From: Octopus vulgaris
Lineage: Eukaryota
DNA: 64,000 nt
Assembly: GCA_951406725.2 (NCBI GenBank)
Contig: OX597833.1
Location: 30,628,001-30,692,000 of the forward strand
Direction: 5' to 3'
Made by a program: the position numbers and the translations under genes. The notes under the pieces are model-generated. The model ran no database searches. It saw nothing but the letters and a program-made list of their open reading frames with translations, and had not been told where the DNA came from. Below, piece by piece: positions 47,728 to 60,174 of the stretch (position 1 is the first letter of the stretch; each line of letters starts with the position of its first letter).

Positions 47728-48065
47728 TTGATCGGCCATCTAGTGTCTTGTCAGGTCGAAGTTTAATGAATCTAGCTTGCGTTATACCTGACGCAATAGC
47801 ATTGGCAACTCACTTAGGACTTTCAGATAGCAGTATAAGTGGAATTGGTTTTGATGCTCTAGCTGGTCGCCTAACTACAAGAGATGTCAACTACAAGATT
47901 CTGCTTTACTGGAAAAGGAACCATCCAGGGAAAGCTGAAGAGGCTGTGAATGAATTAGTACAGGGAATAAATGAGCTTGGTTTCAATGATCTTGCCTCAT
48001 TGATTCTCAACCGACATAATGAAAACAGAGGACTCACCCTGGACTGTCTGACTAATTTTAATTAA
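47728..48065 (+). CDS. DTHD1: Death domain-containing protein 1-like, last exon (death domain and stop)
   Basis: Long polypyrimidine acceptor tttctAG joins in phase 1 (G+TT=Val). LA.HLGLS...I...ILLYWKR...EL..G..ELG..DLA is a death-fold signature. TAA ends at 48065, with AATAAA at 48524-48529. Confidence 0.85.
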
Positions 48066-48636
48066 TCATTCTTACAGTCATGTTTGCTTTCTTCCACTTA
48101 ACATCTTCATCTACTTTTTCTTTTTCTCACTCATCCTTTCTTTCAATTCACCATTTTTTTTATAAGACATTTGTTCATTTCCATTTTTGAGATACCCAAT
48201 ATAATAATTAACAGTGTTAAAGATTTACAACTTATAAATCAGAGACAAACAATACACAATGTAATAATGCTTGGTAAACTCTCAGAGCCAAAAACGTTTG
48301 TTGTTTACAATTCTACCACTGCCACAGTTTCTGCTTCATCATCATCATCATAATCATTGACAGTGGCAGTCACAGTATTTATCAACATCTGTTACAAATG
48401 ATAGTAGTGCCTACCAGAGATGAGCGAGGGCTATTAAATGCAGGCATCATGTACCCAAAATAACCGACAATCATCATTGACTTGAAACGTTAGCCATGTA
48501 TTCTACAGTTCAAAAACATCAGCAATAAAGACATTTTTATAACAATACCTATACCTACAACATAGTTTTAAAAACATCTATTAAAAAAATAGATGGATAT
48601 GGTTTTAAAGACACCTGCTATATAATATATATGACG

Positions 48637-49162
48637 TGTAGTGGATGTGTGTGTGTATTAATAAATACATAAACTGTTTCATGATTAAAAAGGGATTTAT
48701 TTACATGGGTTATAAGTACACTACATAAAACTGTAAGCAAATGCTACGCATTGCTTGTATAGAACACATATTAAAGATGAATATGTTTGTGTGTGTGTGG
48801 GTGTGTGCGTGAATCATTCAGAACAGTAGCCTGTAGGCATTTCTCTGTCGTCTCCAAAACGCGGGGTGTCTGCTGGTGTGTCAGCTCCGATTGTGTGTCT
48901 TTCTCTGTTTTTCCCCTTTGTATTTATAATATTTCAAACAGCTAGAAAGATAGACATACTGCAACAGATAGACATACTAAGTAGGTCAGCGCGTGTCCAG
49001 TTGAACTTCGCCTGACATGACTGAGGTCGCAGATCAATCACTTTTCGACAGAACAAAGGATCTTTAAATTTCGCGCCTATACATGCATTGGTATTTGACA
49101 ACCGATGATTCTTGGATTCGATTTCGAATCTAAGCTTAGAGAAGGAAGTGCTAACTCTTACA
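48637..49162 (-). repeat. 3' LTR of the Gypsy element (526 bp)
   Basis: Direct repeat of 53872-54407. Confidence 0.95.
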
Positions 49163-49737
49163 CTACCCACAGAGATCGAACGATATTGGAAATGTTATTT
49201 TTGTGTGTATGCAGAAAAAATTTACACATTGTAACAGACAAATGAACAATAAAAATATGAATCAAAGGTTTACTGTTTGTATGTGCTATATGGTGGGCAA
49301 TATGTATTTGTGCCCAGGCAGAAATATGTTGGCGCGTTGAAAGAGATGTGCGTCTATTGATTACTTGACCCACTAGAGGTCTAATAGAGGCAAGGTGTCT
49401 TTCAGTGGCAAAAAAGATCGAGTGATAGCACACATGAGAATATGACTTGTAAATGTGTGTGAACATACAGTTAGCAAAAATATATTTACAAGAACACAAA
49501 ACATTTTAAAGAGAAAACAAAAAATATGTACATGCAAAAATGAAAGAAATGTTCATCGGCAAAGTTCGATTGTGAAATGTTCCGTAAATGTTCATACAGA
49601 CAGTTTTTCGTTGATGTGGAACAACGTTTTTGTTTTCATTTTTTTTTTCTTTATGTACACGAATGTTCTTTGAATTCCCTGGGTTTGTATGTGGGTGATG
49701 CTGTTATGTGAGTTATGTGTTGATGTATGCATTTCAT

Positions 49738-52700
49738 TTAGGAAGATGGATAAGTTAAGAGTTCGGAACTTACCCGAAAAACTTGCACAAACCTTGCTAG
49801 CCATCGAACTGTTCTTCCTGATTTGGTGTGTCGGGGTTGTGCAGAATCTGTGGTGTTTGCTGGAGTTGTTGAGTCTGTTCGAGGAAAGGAGGGAACTGAA
49901 TGTAAGTCCTCCTTGATGAAAGCTTTTTTTAAACGATCAATCGAGACTGTATTTCGTTTGCCTCCAATATCGAGGACGAAATACTTGGGTTCTCTTTTGG
50001 TAACCTTGTAGGGCCCGGAATATGGTGGCTGAAGTTGAGATGGTATCCCATCATTCCTCACGAAACATGAATCCAAGTGTTGATATCTTTTGGGACTCGT
50101 GAAACGACGTTCTGTTGTCTGGGGCCTGAAGGTGATAACTGCGACATGGATGTCCGTAATCGGTGCACATATTGTTGTGGGTCAGGAAAGTCTTGTGAAA
50201 CAGGTTCGATCATCTGCCCAGGTAAGGTGAGTGCTGTGCCGTAAACGAGTTCGGCCGGTGTATATCCCAGTTCTTCATTAACCGTGGATCAAATTCCAAG
50301 GAGGATGAGAGGGAGATGTTCCAACCAGTGAGAACTGTCTGGAGCTGCTTTGATAGATGCCTTGAGTTGGCGGTGAAAGCGTTTGACCATGCCATTTGCT
50401 GCAGGGTAGTAAGCCGTAGTGCGGGTGTGTTTACACCCGAGGAGACGAGTCAGCTCGGTGAAAAGGTGGGAATCGAACTGACATCCTCTGTCGGTGGTGA
50501 TTGTTGCGGGTGTGCCAAAACGCGAAACCCATTGTGATATCAGCGTTTTGGCGACCGTTTCTGCTGATATATCAGATAAGGGCCAGGCTTCGGGCCATTG
50601 CGAAAAACGATCTACGCAGGTAAGCAAATATGAATAGTTCTGCGAAGGTGGCAGGGGTCCAACGATATCAATGTGAACGTGCTGAAATCGTGCGTCGGGT
50701 TGCGAAAATGAACCGATTCGTGATTTTATGTGCCGGTGGATTTTCGCTTTTTGGCACGCAACACAGCACTTGGTCCATTCTCTGATATCCTTGTTGATAC
50801 TGGTCCACACAAAACGGGTCGATATCAGCTTTTGAGTGGAGCGAATACCAGGATGTGACAGAGAATGCAGAGTGGAGAAAACTTCTCGACGATATTTTTG
50901 TGGTACATAAGGGCGTTGGTAACCAGTGGAGATATCACACCAAATATGGGCTGTGGATGATGGTAGTGGAACATGCTGAAATTTCAGAGATGACGAATTC
51001 CGGAGCTTTAGAAGTTCTTCATCATTCTCCTGGTCAGCTGCAAACGCGCCAGATCAATTGTAGACGTGGTGTAGATAGCATTGATCTGCGCGTGTGAAAG
51101 TGCATCGGCTGCTAAGTTGGTCGTCCCTTTGATGTGGCGTATATCCGTTGTGTACTGCGATATGAAGTTGAGGTGGCGGATTTCTCTCGGCGAGTGGCGA
51201 TCCGACTTGGTGTTAAATGCATATACTAATGGCTTGTGGTCGGTGTATATGGCAAAATTGGTACCTTCTAGCATGTGACGGAAATGCTTAATGGCCAGGT
51301 ATGCCGCTAATAATTCCCGACTGAATGTGCTGTATTTGGTTTCCGCGGGTTTTAACCGCTTAGAAAAGAAAGACAACGGTTGCCATATACCGTCAACAAG
51401 CTGCTGTAGTACACCTCCAATTCCGGAATCGGATGCATCAACGAGTAAACATCATGGGGCGTCTGGTTTTGGATAAACCAACATGGTAGCGCTAGATAAT
51501 GCTTTTTTCAGGGCAGCGAAAGGAGCGAGTTGATCTTCGGTCAGAGCTATATCTGCATTTTTGCAAGTTCGCTGACGTAGCAAATCCGTGAGCGGTTGCG
51601 CTATCTCAGTGAGGTGGGGCACGAACCATCGATAGAAATTCGCTAGACCGAGATATTCCCTTAATTTGCGGAAAGATGTGGGTGGTGGAAAATCCACGAT
51701 GGTCTTGACTTTCTCGGGAAGGGGACAAATTCCATTCTTATTGACGATGTGCCCGAGAAAATGAAGGGAAGCAACTCCGAACAAACATTTAGTGGGGTTG
51801 ATAACAACACCAAATTGATGGAGGCGTTCGAATAGCAGGTGAAGGTGTTGGTTATGTTCTTCATCCGAGTTACTGGCCACGAGTATGTCGTCTATGTAGG
51901 CATAGACGAAAGGCAAACCTCTAGTCACCACGTTGATAAACCTTTGGAATGTCTGTGCCGCGTTGCATACGCAGGAATTCAAACAGTCCGAAAGGTGTAG
52001 TAACTGCTGTCTTTGAGATGTCCGCAGGTTCCACTGGGATTTGGTTGCATGCTTGCACCAGGTCAATTTTGGAAAAGATATGAGCTCCATGCAGCGAGCT
52101 CGAAAAGTTTTGAAGAAAAGGCACCGGATAGGCATCACTGATAGTGCTTTTATTCAGCGATCGATAATCGCCGCAAACCCGCCAATCAGTCGAGGATTTT
52201 TTTGGGACGCAGTGTATTGGTGAGGACCAGTTGCTGCTGGAAGGGCGGATGATTCCGAGGTCGAGCATGTGCTGGAATTCCCGCTTGACAGCCTGGAGAC
52301 GATCAGGTGGTAACCTTCTGGGCCTTACAGCAACAGGTGGACCGCTGGTTTTGATGTGGTGGATAGCGTCGTGTTTGATCGGCTGGTTGTGGAATACTGG
52401 TCGAGCGACGTCTGGATATTCCTTCAGGATGGAACTATGACGAGTCGTTGTTGTCAGCAATACAGTTGGGCTGACTGTGGCCATACGAGCGGCTATACCG
52501 TGCACAGTAAGCTTGGTGGTGCTGTCGACAAGTCGTCTGTTCTTTATGTCTACCGGGAGACCGAAATGATACAGGAAATCGGCTTCTAAGATAGGGTTCG
52601 GCAGTTTAGCGATGATGAATACCCACTGAAATGTGCGGTGTAGTCCTAAGTTAAATGTTAGGGACTGTTCACCGTAGGTTGGGATGGGTGAATGGTTGAC

Positions 52701-52964
52701 TGCCTGAAGACAGACTGATGTCTCTTTTCTTTTTCCAGAAGTGTTGGAGACAGGGATGATGCTGACTTCCGCACCAGTGTCAACCAGGAAACGCGTGCCT
52801 GTTACCCGATCGCAAACGAAAAACAGGCGGCTGTGTGGGTGCGGGCCAGGAACTTCCGTCGCGTTCGATTCCTGGCTGTGCCGTTTCCCGAACTGGGTGA
52901 GGAAAACGAGCACGGTACCGTACATTTTTGTGCCCGTGTTCCGAATGTTCGGTGGTACCAACAT
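49738..52964 (-). pseudogene. Gypsy pol (protease, RT, RNase H, integrase), frameshifted
   Basis: [61 protein letters not shown] and the GPY motif PPYSGPYKV, spread over at least five ORF pieces. Confidence 0.92.
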
Positions 52965-53035
52965 TTGTCATGTGAGTTGCGGGTAATACTGGGGCTTCGG
53001 GACCGTCTGCCATCTCGTCGTGATCGGCTGGTGCT

Positions 53036-53752
53036 TCAACGCTGGGGACTAAGCTTTAGGGCCTGTATTTGGGCTGTGAGGATCTGTATTTGAGCAGCTT
53101 GCTGCGACATTAATGCACGCAAGTCCGAAATCTCGGAAGAACTGGTTTGTGCACGGAAAGGATTGGTACTGGGAGCAGCTGGCGTCACCGTCGATACCGT
53201 TGGATATTTGTGCGGTACTTCGGCTATTTTGTCAGCTAGCTCCGCCAGTTCTTCAATGGGTGTATTTTCTCTAATAGAAGCGAGAACAACCTGGGTATTG
53301 GAGGGCAGACGCTGGAGAAAAAGCTGCTTGAAAATTTTTTCTGGTAGGCTCTCATCTCCTAGAAGCTGCTTCATTCTACGAAGAAGCTGGGACGGCGTTT
53401 TGTCACCCAATTCTTCCGATATCAGAAGCTGGTGAAGTCGCTTCTGTTGCGATTCGGAGGTTCTGTTTATCAGCGTGGTTTTAAAAGTGTCATACGACAC
53501 AGAACCGGGTGGTGCCATGATAAGATCACGGACAACGTTTGTTATTTCTGGCGACAGAGAACCGATAACATGCGAAAGTCGAGACGCATCGCTCAGTATT
53601 CTGTGAGAGGAAAACTGTGCCTCTATATGGTAAAACCATAATGCAGGGTCGTGGGTCCAGAATGGTGGAATTTTCAAAGAAATCGCCGCTTGGAATGCCA
53701 TGTCGATCGGAGGTATGATGTTGGCCGCTGGATTCTGTTCTGGGAGGGCCAT
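53036..53752 (-). CDS. Gypsy Gag
   Basis: KIPPFWTHDPALWFYHIEAQF, LGDKTPSQLLRRM and FLQRLP are typical Gypsy gag motifs. The likely ATG is at 53752. Confidence 0.85.
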   Translation of the reverse strand: MALPEQNPAANIIPPIDMAFQAAISLKIPPFWTHDPALWFYHIEAQFSSHRILSDASRLSHVIGSLSPEITNVVRDLIMAPPGSVSYDTFKTTLINRTSESQQKRLHQLLISEELGDKTPSQLLRRMKQLLGDESLPEKIFKQLFLQRLPSNTQVVLASIRENTPIEELAELADKIAEVPHKYPTVSTVTPAAPSTNPFRAQTSSSEISDLRALMSQQAAQIQILTAQIQALKLSPQR

Positions 53753-53871
53753 TGTGTTCGTCGGAATTCTCAGGTGTTTTGTTGCCGGGTGATGTGCAAG
53801 CTGTAATTCTTCGACGTGGTTGATGAAGCTGGTTCCGGGGAAGGCGCAATTCATTTGACTGGATCACCAAA

Positions 53872-54407
53872 TGTAGTGGATGTGTGTGTGTATTAATAAA
53901 TACATAAACTGTTTCATGATTAAAAAGGGATTTATTTACATGGGTTATAAGTACACTACATAAAACTGTAAGCAAATGCTACGCATTGCTTGTGTAGAAC
54001 ACATATTAAAGATGAATATGTTTGTGTGTGTGTGGGTGTGTGCGTGAATCATTCAGAACAGTAGCCTGTAGGCATTTCTCTGTCGTCTCCAAAACGTGGG
54101 GTGTCTGCTGGTGTGTCAGCTCCGATTGTGTGTCTTTCTCTGTTTTTCCCCTTTGTATTTATAATATTTCAAACAGCTAGAAAGATAGACATACTGCAAC
54201 AGATAGACATACTAAGTAGGTCAGCGCGTGTCCAGTTGAACTTCGCCTGACATGGCTGAGGTCGCAGGTCAAAGGGAGATGCTCAATCACTTTTTGACAG
54301 AACAAAGGATCTTTAAATTTCGTGCCTATACATGTATTGGTATTTGACGATGATTCTTGGATTCGATTTCTAATCTAAGCTTAGAGAAGGAAGTGCTAAC
54401 TCTTACA
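53872..54407 (-). repeat. 5' LTR of the Gypsy element (536 bp)
   Basis: Direct repeat of 48637-49162, adjacent to the PBS. Confidence 0.95.
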
Positions 54408-55264
54408 GACGTAATATAACACCTGTTATAGGGTTTTAGAGACATTATATGATATCTACTATATAGTTTAAAAAATCTACCATATAGCATCTACAATATA
54501 AAGATATCTGCTGTATAAATATCTACTACTTTTTTTTATACACATCTTTTATGCCATTTTATGTTATATAATATCAATTATATTGTAATAAAACATTTGC
54601 TATGGATTAACAATGCTAATCAAAATAATATCATCAAAAATGAAATTATCCAAAAGACCTACTATTTAGCAACAATCAACAAGCATTAAGAAGTGTTTAT
54701 CTATTAAATTGTTCCATTGAACATATTTATATTTAAAAAATGATAAATAAATAAAAGAGCTACAAAGTGATCCACATTAGATGAGGTCAAGCAATAAACA
54801 GAAGTGAAGTAAGTGATAAGAACAACAACAAAAGCTGGGAATCAGACAAAAAAATGTCTGAAAATTTCCGAAAAAAATTTATATTGAGTGATGGGGCAAG
54901 AATATCTGACAGGAATATAGCAACAACAAGAGAAGTCCTGAGAGAAAGGAATGGTGTTTTAAGAGAGAGGGAGAGATGACAGTTATTCTTTAGTAAGGAG
55001 CATAGTTTAATAGAGAGATATCTTTTGTAAGGAACAGACAAAGAGATGAATCATTTTTAAGAGAAAGAAAAAGATATGAATATTTTGTAAGATACAGAAA
55101 GATAAATCTTTTGTAAGTAACAGTGTTTAAAAGAGATGTATTTTGTAAGGAACAAACATACTTGTATACAGTTCAGTATGAACAAAATTTGTCAGTACTC
55201 TCTTACTTGGTGGTAGGTAGGTTCACCAATGAAAACCCTATTCACTGCCTTCATGTATAGTATA

Positions 55265-57966
55265 TGTAGTGATCCTATATAACGGTGCGCGCTCGTGCAC
55301 CGTCCTTTTCTGTTTCGCGCGTGCGGGGTTGGTGCTTTCACCACCGGAAGAAGGAATTTGCCTACGTGGCAGTTTAGCCGCGAGGCAAGGGAGCGTAAGA
55401 CGTTGACCACCAGCGTCTAGTAGGCAGTGATTTGAGACACGGCGACCGAAGGCATCAGACGTGTAATTCTCTCTCTCTGTCCGGACTTGATAGCAGCAGT
55501 CAGGTTTTTCATAGAAGAAGACGCGTATTATCTTCGTTTCCCCCTGACATTTGTTGCAGACCACATCATTTTCTCTCCCTATTCGGACGCCATCTTGACC
55601 AGTGTTGTTTGCTTTTGAACACTGTAAATTCTACAGCGATAAAGTTCAGCCTTGCACGCCATACCAAGCGGAACCAGATACCACTTATTTGTTACTGTCA
55701 TAAGAGAATAAAGTAGATATATATTTTTTACGTTTGCGTCCTGTTGTTTCTGACTGGTAGAATCTGGCAGCAACGGAACGGAAAGTGATTGCAACGGAAA
55801 GTGATTGCACCAACTGCACCCGAAAAGTGCAGAGAAGATATTCACTCCCGTTACACTGGTGACCCCGACGTGATTCTGGTCTTAAACCGGAGATCACTTA
55901 ATAACAAAAAATCCAGTTTTTCTGCCTAGTCTGAACACGATCAACTCTACGCATTCATCTTTCGACGATTTGTTTCCGGTCCCCTCAAACAGTTATAGAA
56001 GGAGCCTTTCTTATTCTTCAGCAATAATGACGGACGCCATCATATCAACGATGCCTTTTCTCTGCCGTCGTCGTCTTTCGACTTCACGTCGTCGTTATCT
56101 TCGTCGCCATCAACACTAAGAACAATGTGTCTCAAGTCCACCACAGTCGCCTTCATCACCGTCGCCTTCAACACCGTCGACCTCAACAATATGTAAATAG
56201 CAACTCGCAGAAGTTTAGCCCACACGCTGTTCGTGTATACGCACCAAGGATTAACAGCACAGTCTACCTGCGAGATCTTCTGTACCGATTTAACCTGTCA
56301 CAGCATTGAAGCCACAACCACTACACGACGTGTTCAACCGGCATCTGCATTTGTGATCTCAACATTCTGTTACAGAACGAACTGCTATTATGTATCAGGC
56401 TATTACGGACTGGTAAATTAACTCCATCTTGTCTGAAATACCCTGAGAGACTTTTTCTATGCGCTGTATTTTATTTTTGTCCGCATTCACCTTGTTGTAT
56501 TTCTGTCGCACACACGTACACACACAAATGCTATCTCTCTCACATACATACGTCACACGTGCCTTTTCTCGCTTGTTTTTCCATGCTAATTTGCCTTTGT
56601 GGACACAACTCATTTCTGTAAGACCTTAGGTCGGTCACGTATACATAGAGAAAGTTGTTTGTCTCTTATAACGCGGCAGTATGCCATACTTTTGTTCCTG
56701 CACGAACGAGGCATATAATCGCTCAAGCACTGGCTGGCCGCCTCAGCCTTACTACATTAACCACTGGCATATTCATTGCTGTTTTTCGGTCTGGCAAGCC
56801 CTATTGCATTCATGCACCTTTGCTCTGCACGTGTACTGCCTTGTTTTTGCAACACGTTTGTGTTAGCTTAGTTTTTTTCCCGACTCAAAGAACGTCGGAT
56901 GTTCACATGTGCTGCGCCCATGTTTTAGGCGTAATTTTTTTCCCTGTTAGACCCCTGTTGGTCATGTAATTAACAGAGAAAATTATCTGTCTCGCGCATC
57001 ACACCAGCATGCTTGCACTGTCACCTTGCTAACCTTACACTTTCAGCTGAAGCACTGTCTGCCTTTTGTGTTACTAGCGATCTATCTGCCAGTTCCATTT
57101 CCTCTCCTGCAGCAATTGATTTAACTGCTATTTCGCAGGACCAACCACCTTTAGAGGAGTTGGATTTAACTTCGCCTAAGTTTATTAACTGTAGGTTTGC
57201 CTACCTTCCGCTCCCTACAGCGGAAGGCTCTATTCTTATTCACGCATGCACTTTTGATTTTTGCTCATTTTGAGTATTTTTTCTCTTTTTTTTTCCTTTT
57301 TGGTAAATTTCTTATGTATATTATAAATTCTGCCATTTTTGTGTGCTATTTGGTTATCTGGTATCCACCTTGAGTTTTATGGTCACTACAAGGAATTTTT
57401 GTTCGTGCTTAGGCACTGGAGGGGAGCTTTGTAGTGATCCTATATAACGGTGCGCGCTCTTTCACCACCGGAAGAAGGAATTTGCCTACGTGGCAGTTTA
57501 GCCACGAGGCAAGGGAGCGTAAGACGTTGACCACCAGCGTCTAGTAGGCAGTGACTTGAGACACAGCGACCGAAGGCATCAGACGTGTAATTCTCTCTCT
57601 CTGTCCGGACTTGATAGCAGCAGTCAGGCTTTTCATAGAAGAAGGCGCGTATTATCTTCGTTTCCCCCTGACATTTGTTGCAGACCACATCATTTTCTCT
57701 CCCTATTCGGACGCCATCTTGACCAGTGTTGTTTGCATTTGAACACTGTAAATTCTACAGCGATAAAGTTCAGCCTTGCACGCCATACCAAGCGGAACCA
57801 GATACCACTTATTTGTTACTGTCATAAGAGAATAAAGTAGATATATATTTTTTACGTTTGCATCCTGTTGTTTCTGACTGGTAGAATCTGGATTATTAAA
57901 AGCAACGGAAAGTGATTGCACCAACTGCACCCGAAAAGTGCAGAGAAGATATTCACTCCCGTTATA
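55265..57966 (+). mobile_element. Non-autonomous (internally deleted) Gypsy-type LTR element
   Basis: LTRs at 55265-55855 and 57430-57966 with TATA flanks. PBS at 55857-55874 and PPT GGAGGGGAG at 57418-57426. The 1.57-kb internal region keeps only a short pol-like remnant (IDLTAISQDQ, ~57100-57240). Confidence 0.9.
55857..55874 (+). promoter_or_regulatory. Primer-binding site complementary to the tRNA-Trp 3' end
   Basis: TGGTGACCCCGACGTGAT, 1 nt after the LTR. This is the 18-mer known as the tRNA-Trp PBS of avian sarcoma/leukosis viruses. Confidence 0.85.
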
Positions 57967-59039
57967 TATATATGGTAACTCAAAAGAATTTTGATGATAG
58001 CTCATGGAATATTATGACATAACATCTGAAAGATGTACCATTCTAGGAGCAGTGGAAAGAGATTTACTACATTGATATGGCGACTTTAACTGTCCAAACT
58101 GAGATATGGAATATTTGTTCTTCTGAAGTGGCAAGCTAGAAAGTAAACAAAAAAATTCAAAGTTTGATTTTCTATAAGGAAGAACTTGGTACCAAAGCTC
58201 ACAGAAGCGTTTATGGCAATAAGCAATAAAATCATTACATTGAAACTACCAAGAACAAAGAACTACAATGCTATAATAATCAGTGTATGTGCTCTAGTCC
58301 AGCTGTGACAAACTCCAGTGAAAGAAAGAATACTATATGCAATTAGTACATACATTGTGTAACATTCTTCATACAGACAAATGGTACTAATTGGAATCTT
58401 CAGTATCAGGAAGAAGAAAAACTATACAAATTGGCAAGTGTGATGTTGGTGGCTGCAAACTAAACACAGAGCTTTTACTGTCACTTGGCAGTGATTTTGA
58501 ATGAATAGTGACCAATACCATATTGGATTAGAAGACCAAATGCATGACAACAGGGATGCATCCTTACTCCAAACATTATCTTGTGACTGGTTTTGTTATA
58601 ACACAACAATAGGGAAAGTAGGCACCCATGGTACCAGACTTACATGTGGCACAAACTACTAGTCTAATCATCAGCTACGAAGACCTATGGTCACTCTTAA
58701 CATAGTGCAAAAGCACAATATCAGACAGAAGCCTGTCAACATTGTCAAGCTACACACAGAAAACTTTCCAACCAATAGTCACAATGTCAAATTCGAACAG
58801 GAGAGTAAAGAGGCAGTTGCCTAATAGGAAGAGCTGATGATCAACCAAGGAGGGTCATGTCTTTGCCGAGTTGTGTACTATTATGCTAAGACTGCTATTG
58901 ATAAATCCAATGTGAAACATTACGATTGATTTGAAATGCCACTACAGACCCACCAAAGAATAATAGAAACAAGAAACACAAGAATGAACCTAATAATTTA
59001 TATAGAGATATTGGCAAACTGCTACAAAGTCACACCAGG

Positions 59040-59860
59040 ACACTGACATTGAAATGGTGGAAGAAGGCAGAGGAATTCCAATAGGCTACCGATAAGAATA
59101 GCATAAAGGGCTTCTGTGAAAAGTTCAAGTGTGGAGTGATCTTTTCTGAATCCATTCTGATTTCTGCTGAGTATGTTTTCGATATCAAGTTGCATTCTGT
59201 TGAGGAGCATGGTATTATATGTCTTGGCAGCAGTTGTAGTAAGGTGCTGCCATGGTAGTTGGCAATGGGACCTAAATTCTTTTGGGAGAAGGGGAGTATG
59301 TAACCTTTGTTCTATATGGTTGATTGATTGTATATGGAATTTCAATACTGGAGGAGGATATCATTGAACTCATCAGTTTTCCATAACTCAGGAGGATTTC
59401 ATCAAGGCCAGTAGATTTATTGTTCCATAATTTCTTCAGTATAGCCAAGAGTTCATCCACTGAGAATGTCCTAGTTTTGATATTTAGTTCTTAGTGAACT
59501 ATCTGCTTGACTGGAGTATCATGAAGACCAGGGACCTTACTAAATAAATTTTGGAAGTGTTCATTCCACTACTATATACATTCCTCCAAGCTAGATTTTT
59601 TTCAGCTTTGCTTTGAAAGTCTTCTTTCTGCCAATGATATTGACTGTCTGCCAAGGTATGGATGATTGTTTGATCTCTACTACTTGTACAGTCAAGTCAG
59701 TTTGGTGCTGAATATACTTTTGTTGTTCTACCTGTTCCTTCAAAGCATATTTGTTTTTCGCTATATTTATGTTAGCTGGGTTTCCGTTTTTAATCTGAGA
59801 GAGCTGCTTGAGGTATTTCCTCATTTTCATTATGGATTCTCATAGTTAGAAGGATCATCA
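59040..59860 (-). mobile_element. Degraded RTE-like LINE, N-terminal RT part (inverted)
   Basis: Reads KSTGLDEI and AAKTYNTMLLNRM...NQNGFRKDHST. Confidence 0.65.
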
Positions 59861-60174
59861 AAGTGGTCAAAGTGAGAAATCTTAATGCAGTACTGCCCTT
59901 TGTTGAATTCAATTCAGTGCACAGAAATGTTACTGGTCTATGGAGTTCATGAAGAAGAGTTGCTTCTGTGATGATGCTTTTAGCAGAACACTCGCACTAA
60001 CCAGATGGGAACATTGTTTCTTTTGATCATTTATATTGATCATTTTTTACATTATTTACATTGGATGGATATGTGTCCTAATCTTGTTTGTTGTTACCAC
60101 AAGATGAGGACACATATCCATCCAATGTAAATAATGTAAAAAATTTACAGAATTCCTCATCTCTAAAATATAGA

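Larger units (their letters stand above)
48637..54407 (-). mobile_element. Near-complete Ty3/Gypsy LTR retrotransposon
   Basis: Paired LTRs with TG...CA ends and a 4-bp TSD GACG (48633-36 and 54408-11). PBS-like TGGTGATCCAGTC sits next to the 5' LTR. Order is gag-PR-RT-RH-IN. Confidence 0.95.

Noticed and set aside
55192-58005. Duplicated ORFs (MVCNKCQGETK..., HHFLSLFGRHLDQ...) as a gene pair
   Set aside because: They come from the two LTR copies, show no protein motifs and are broken by indels between the LTRs.
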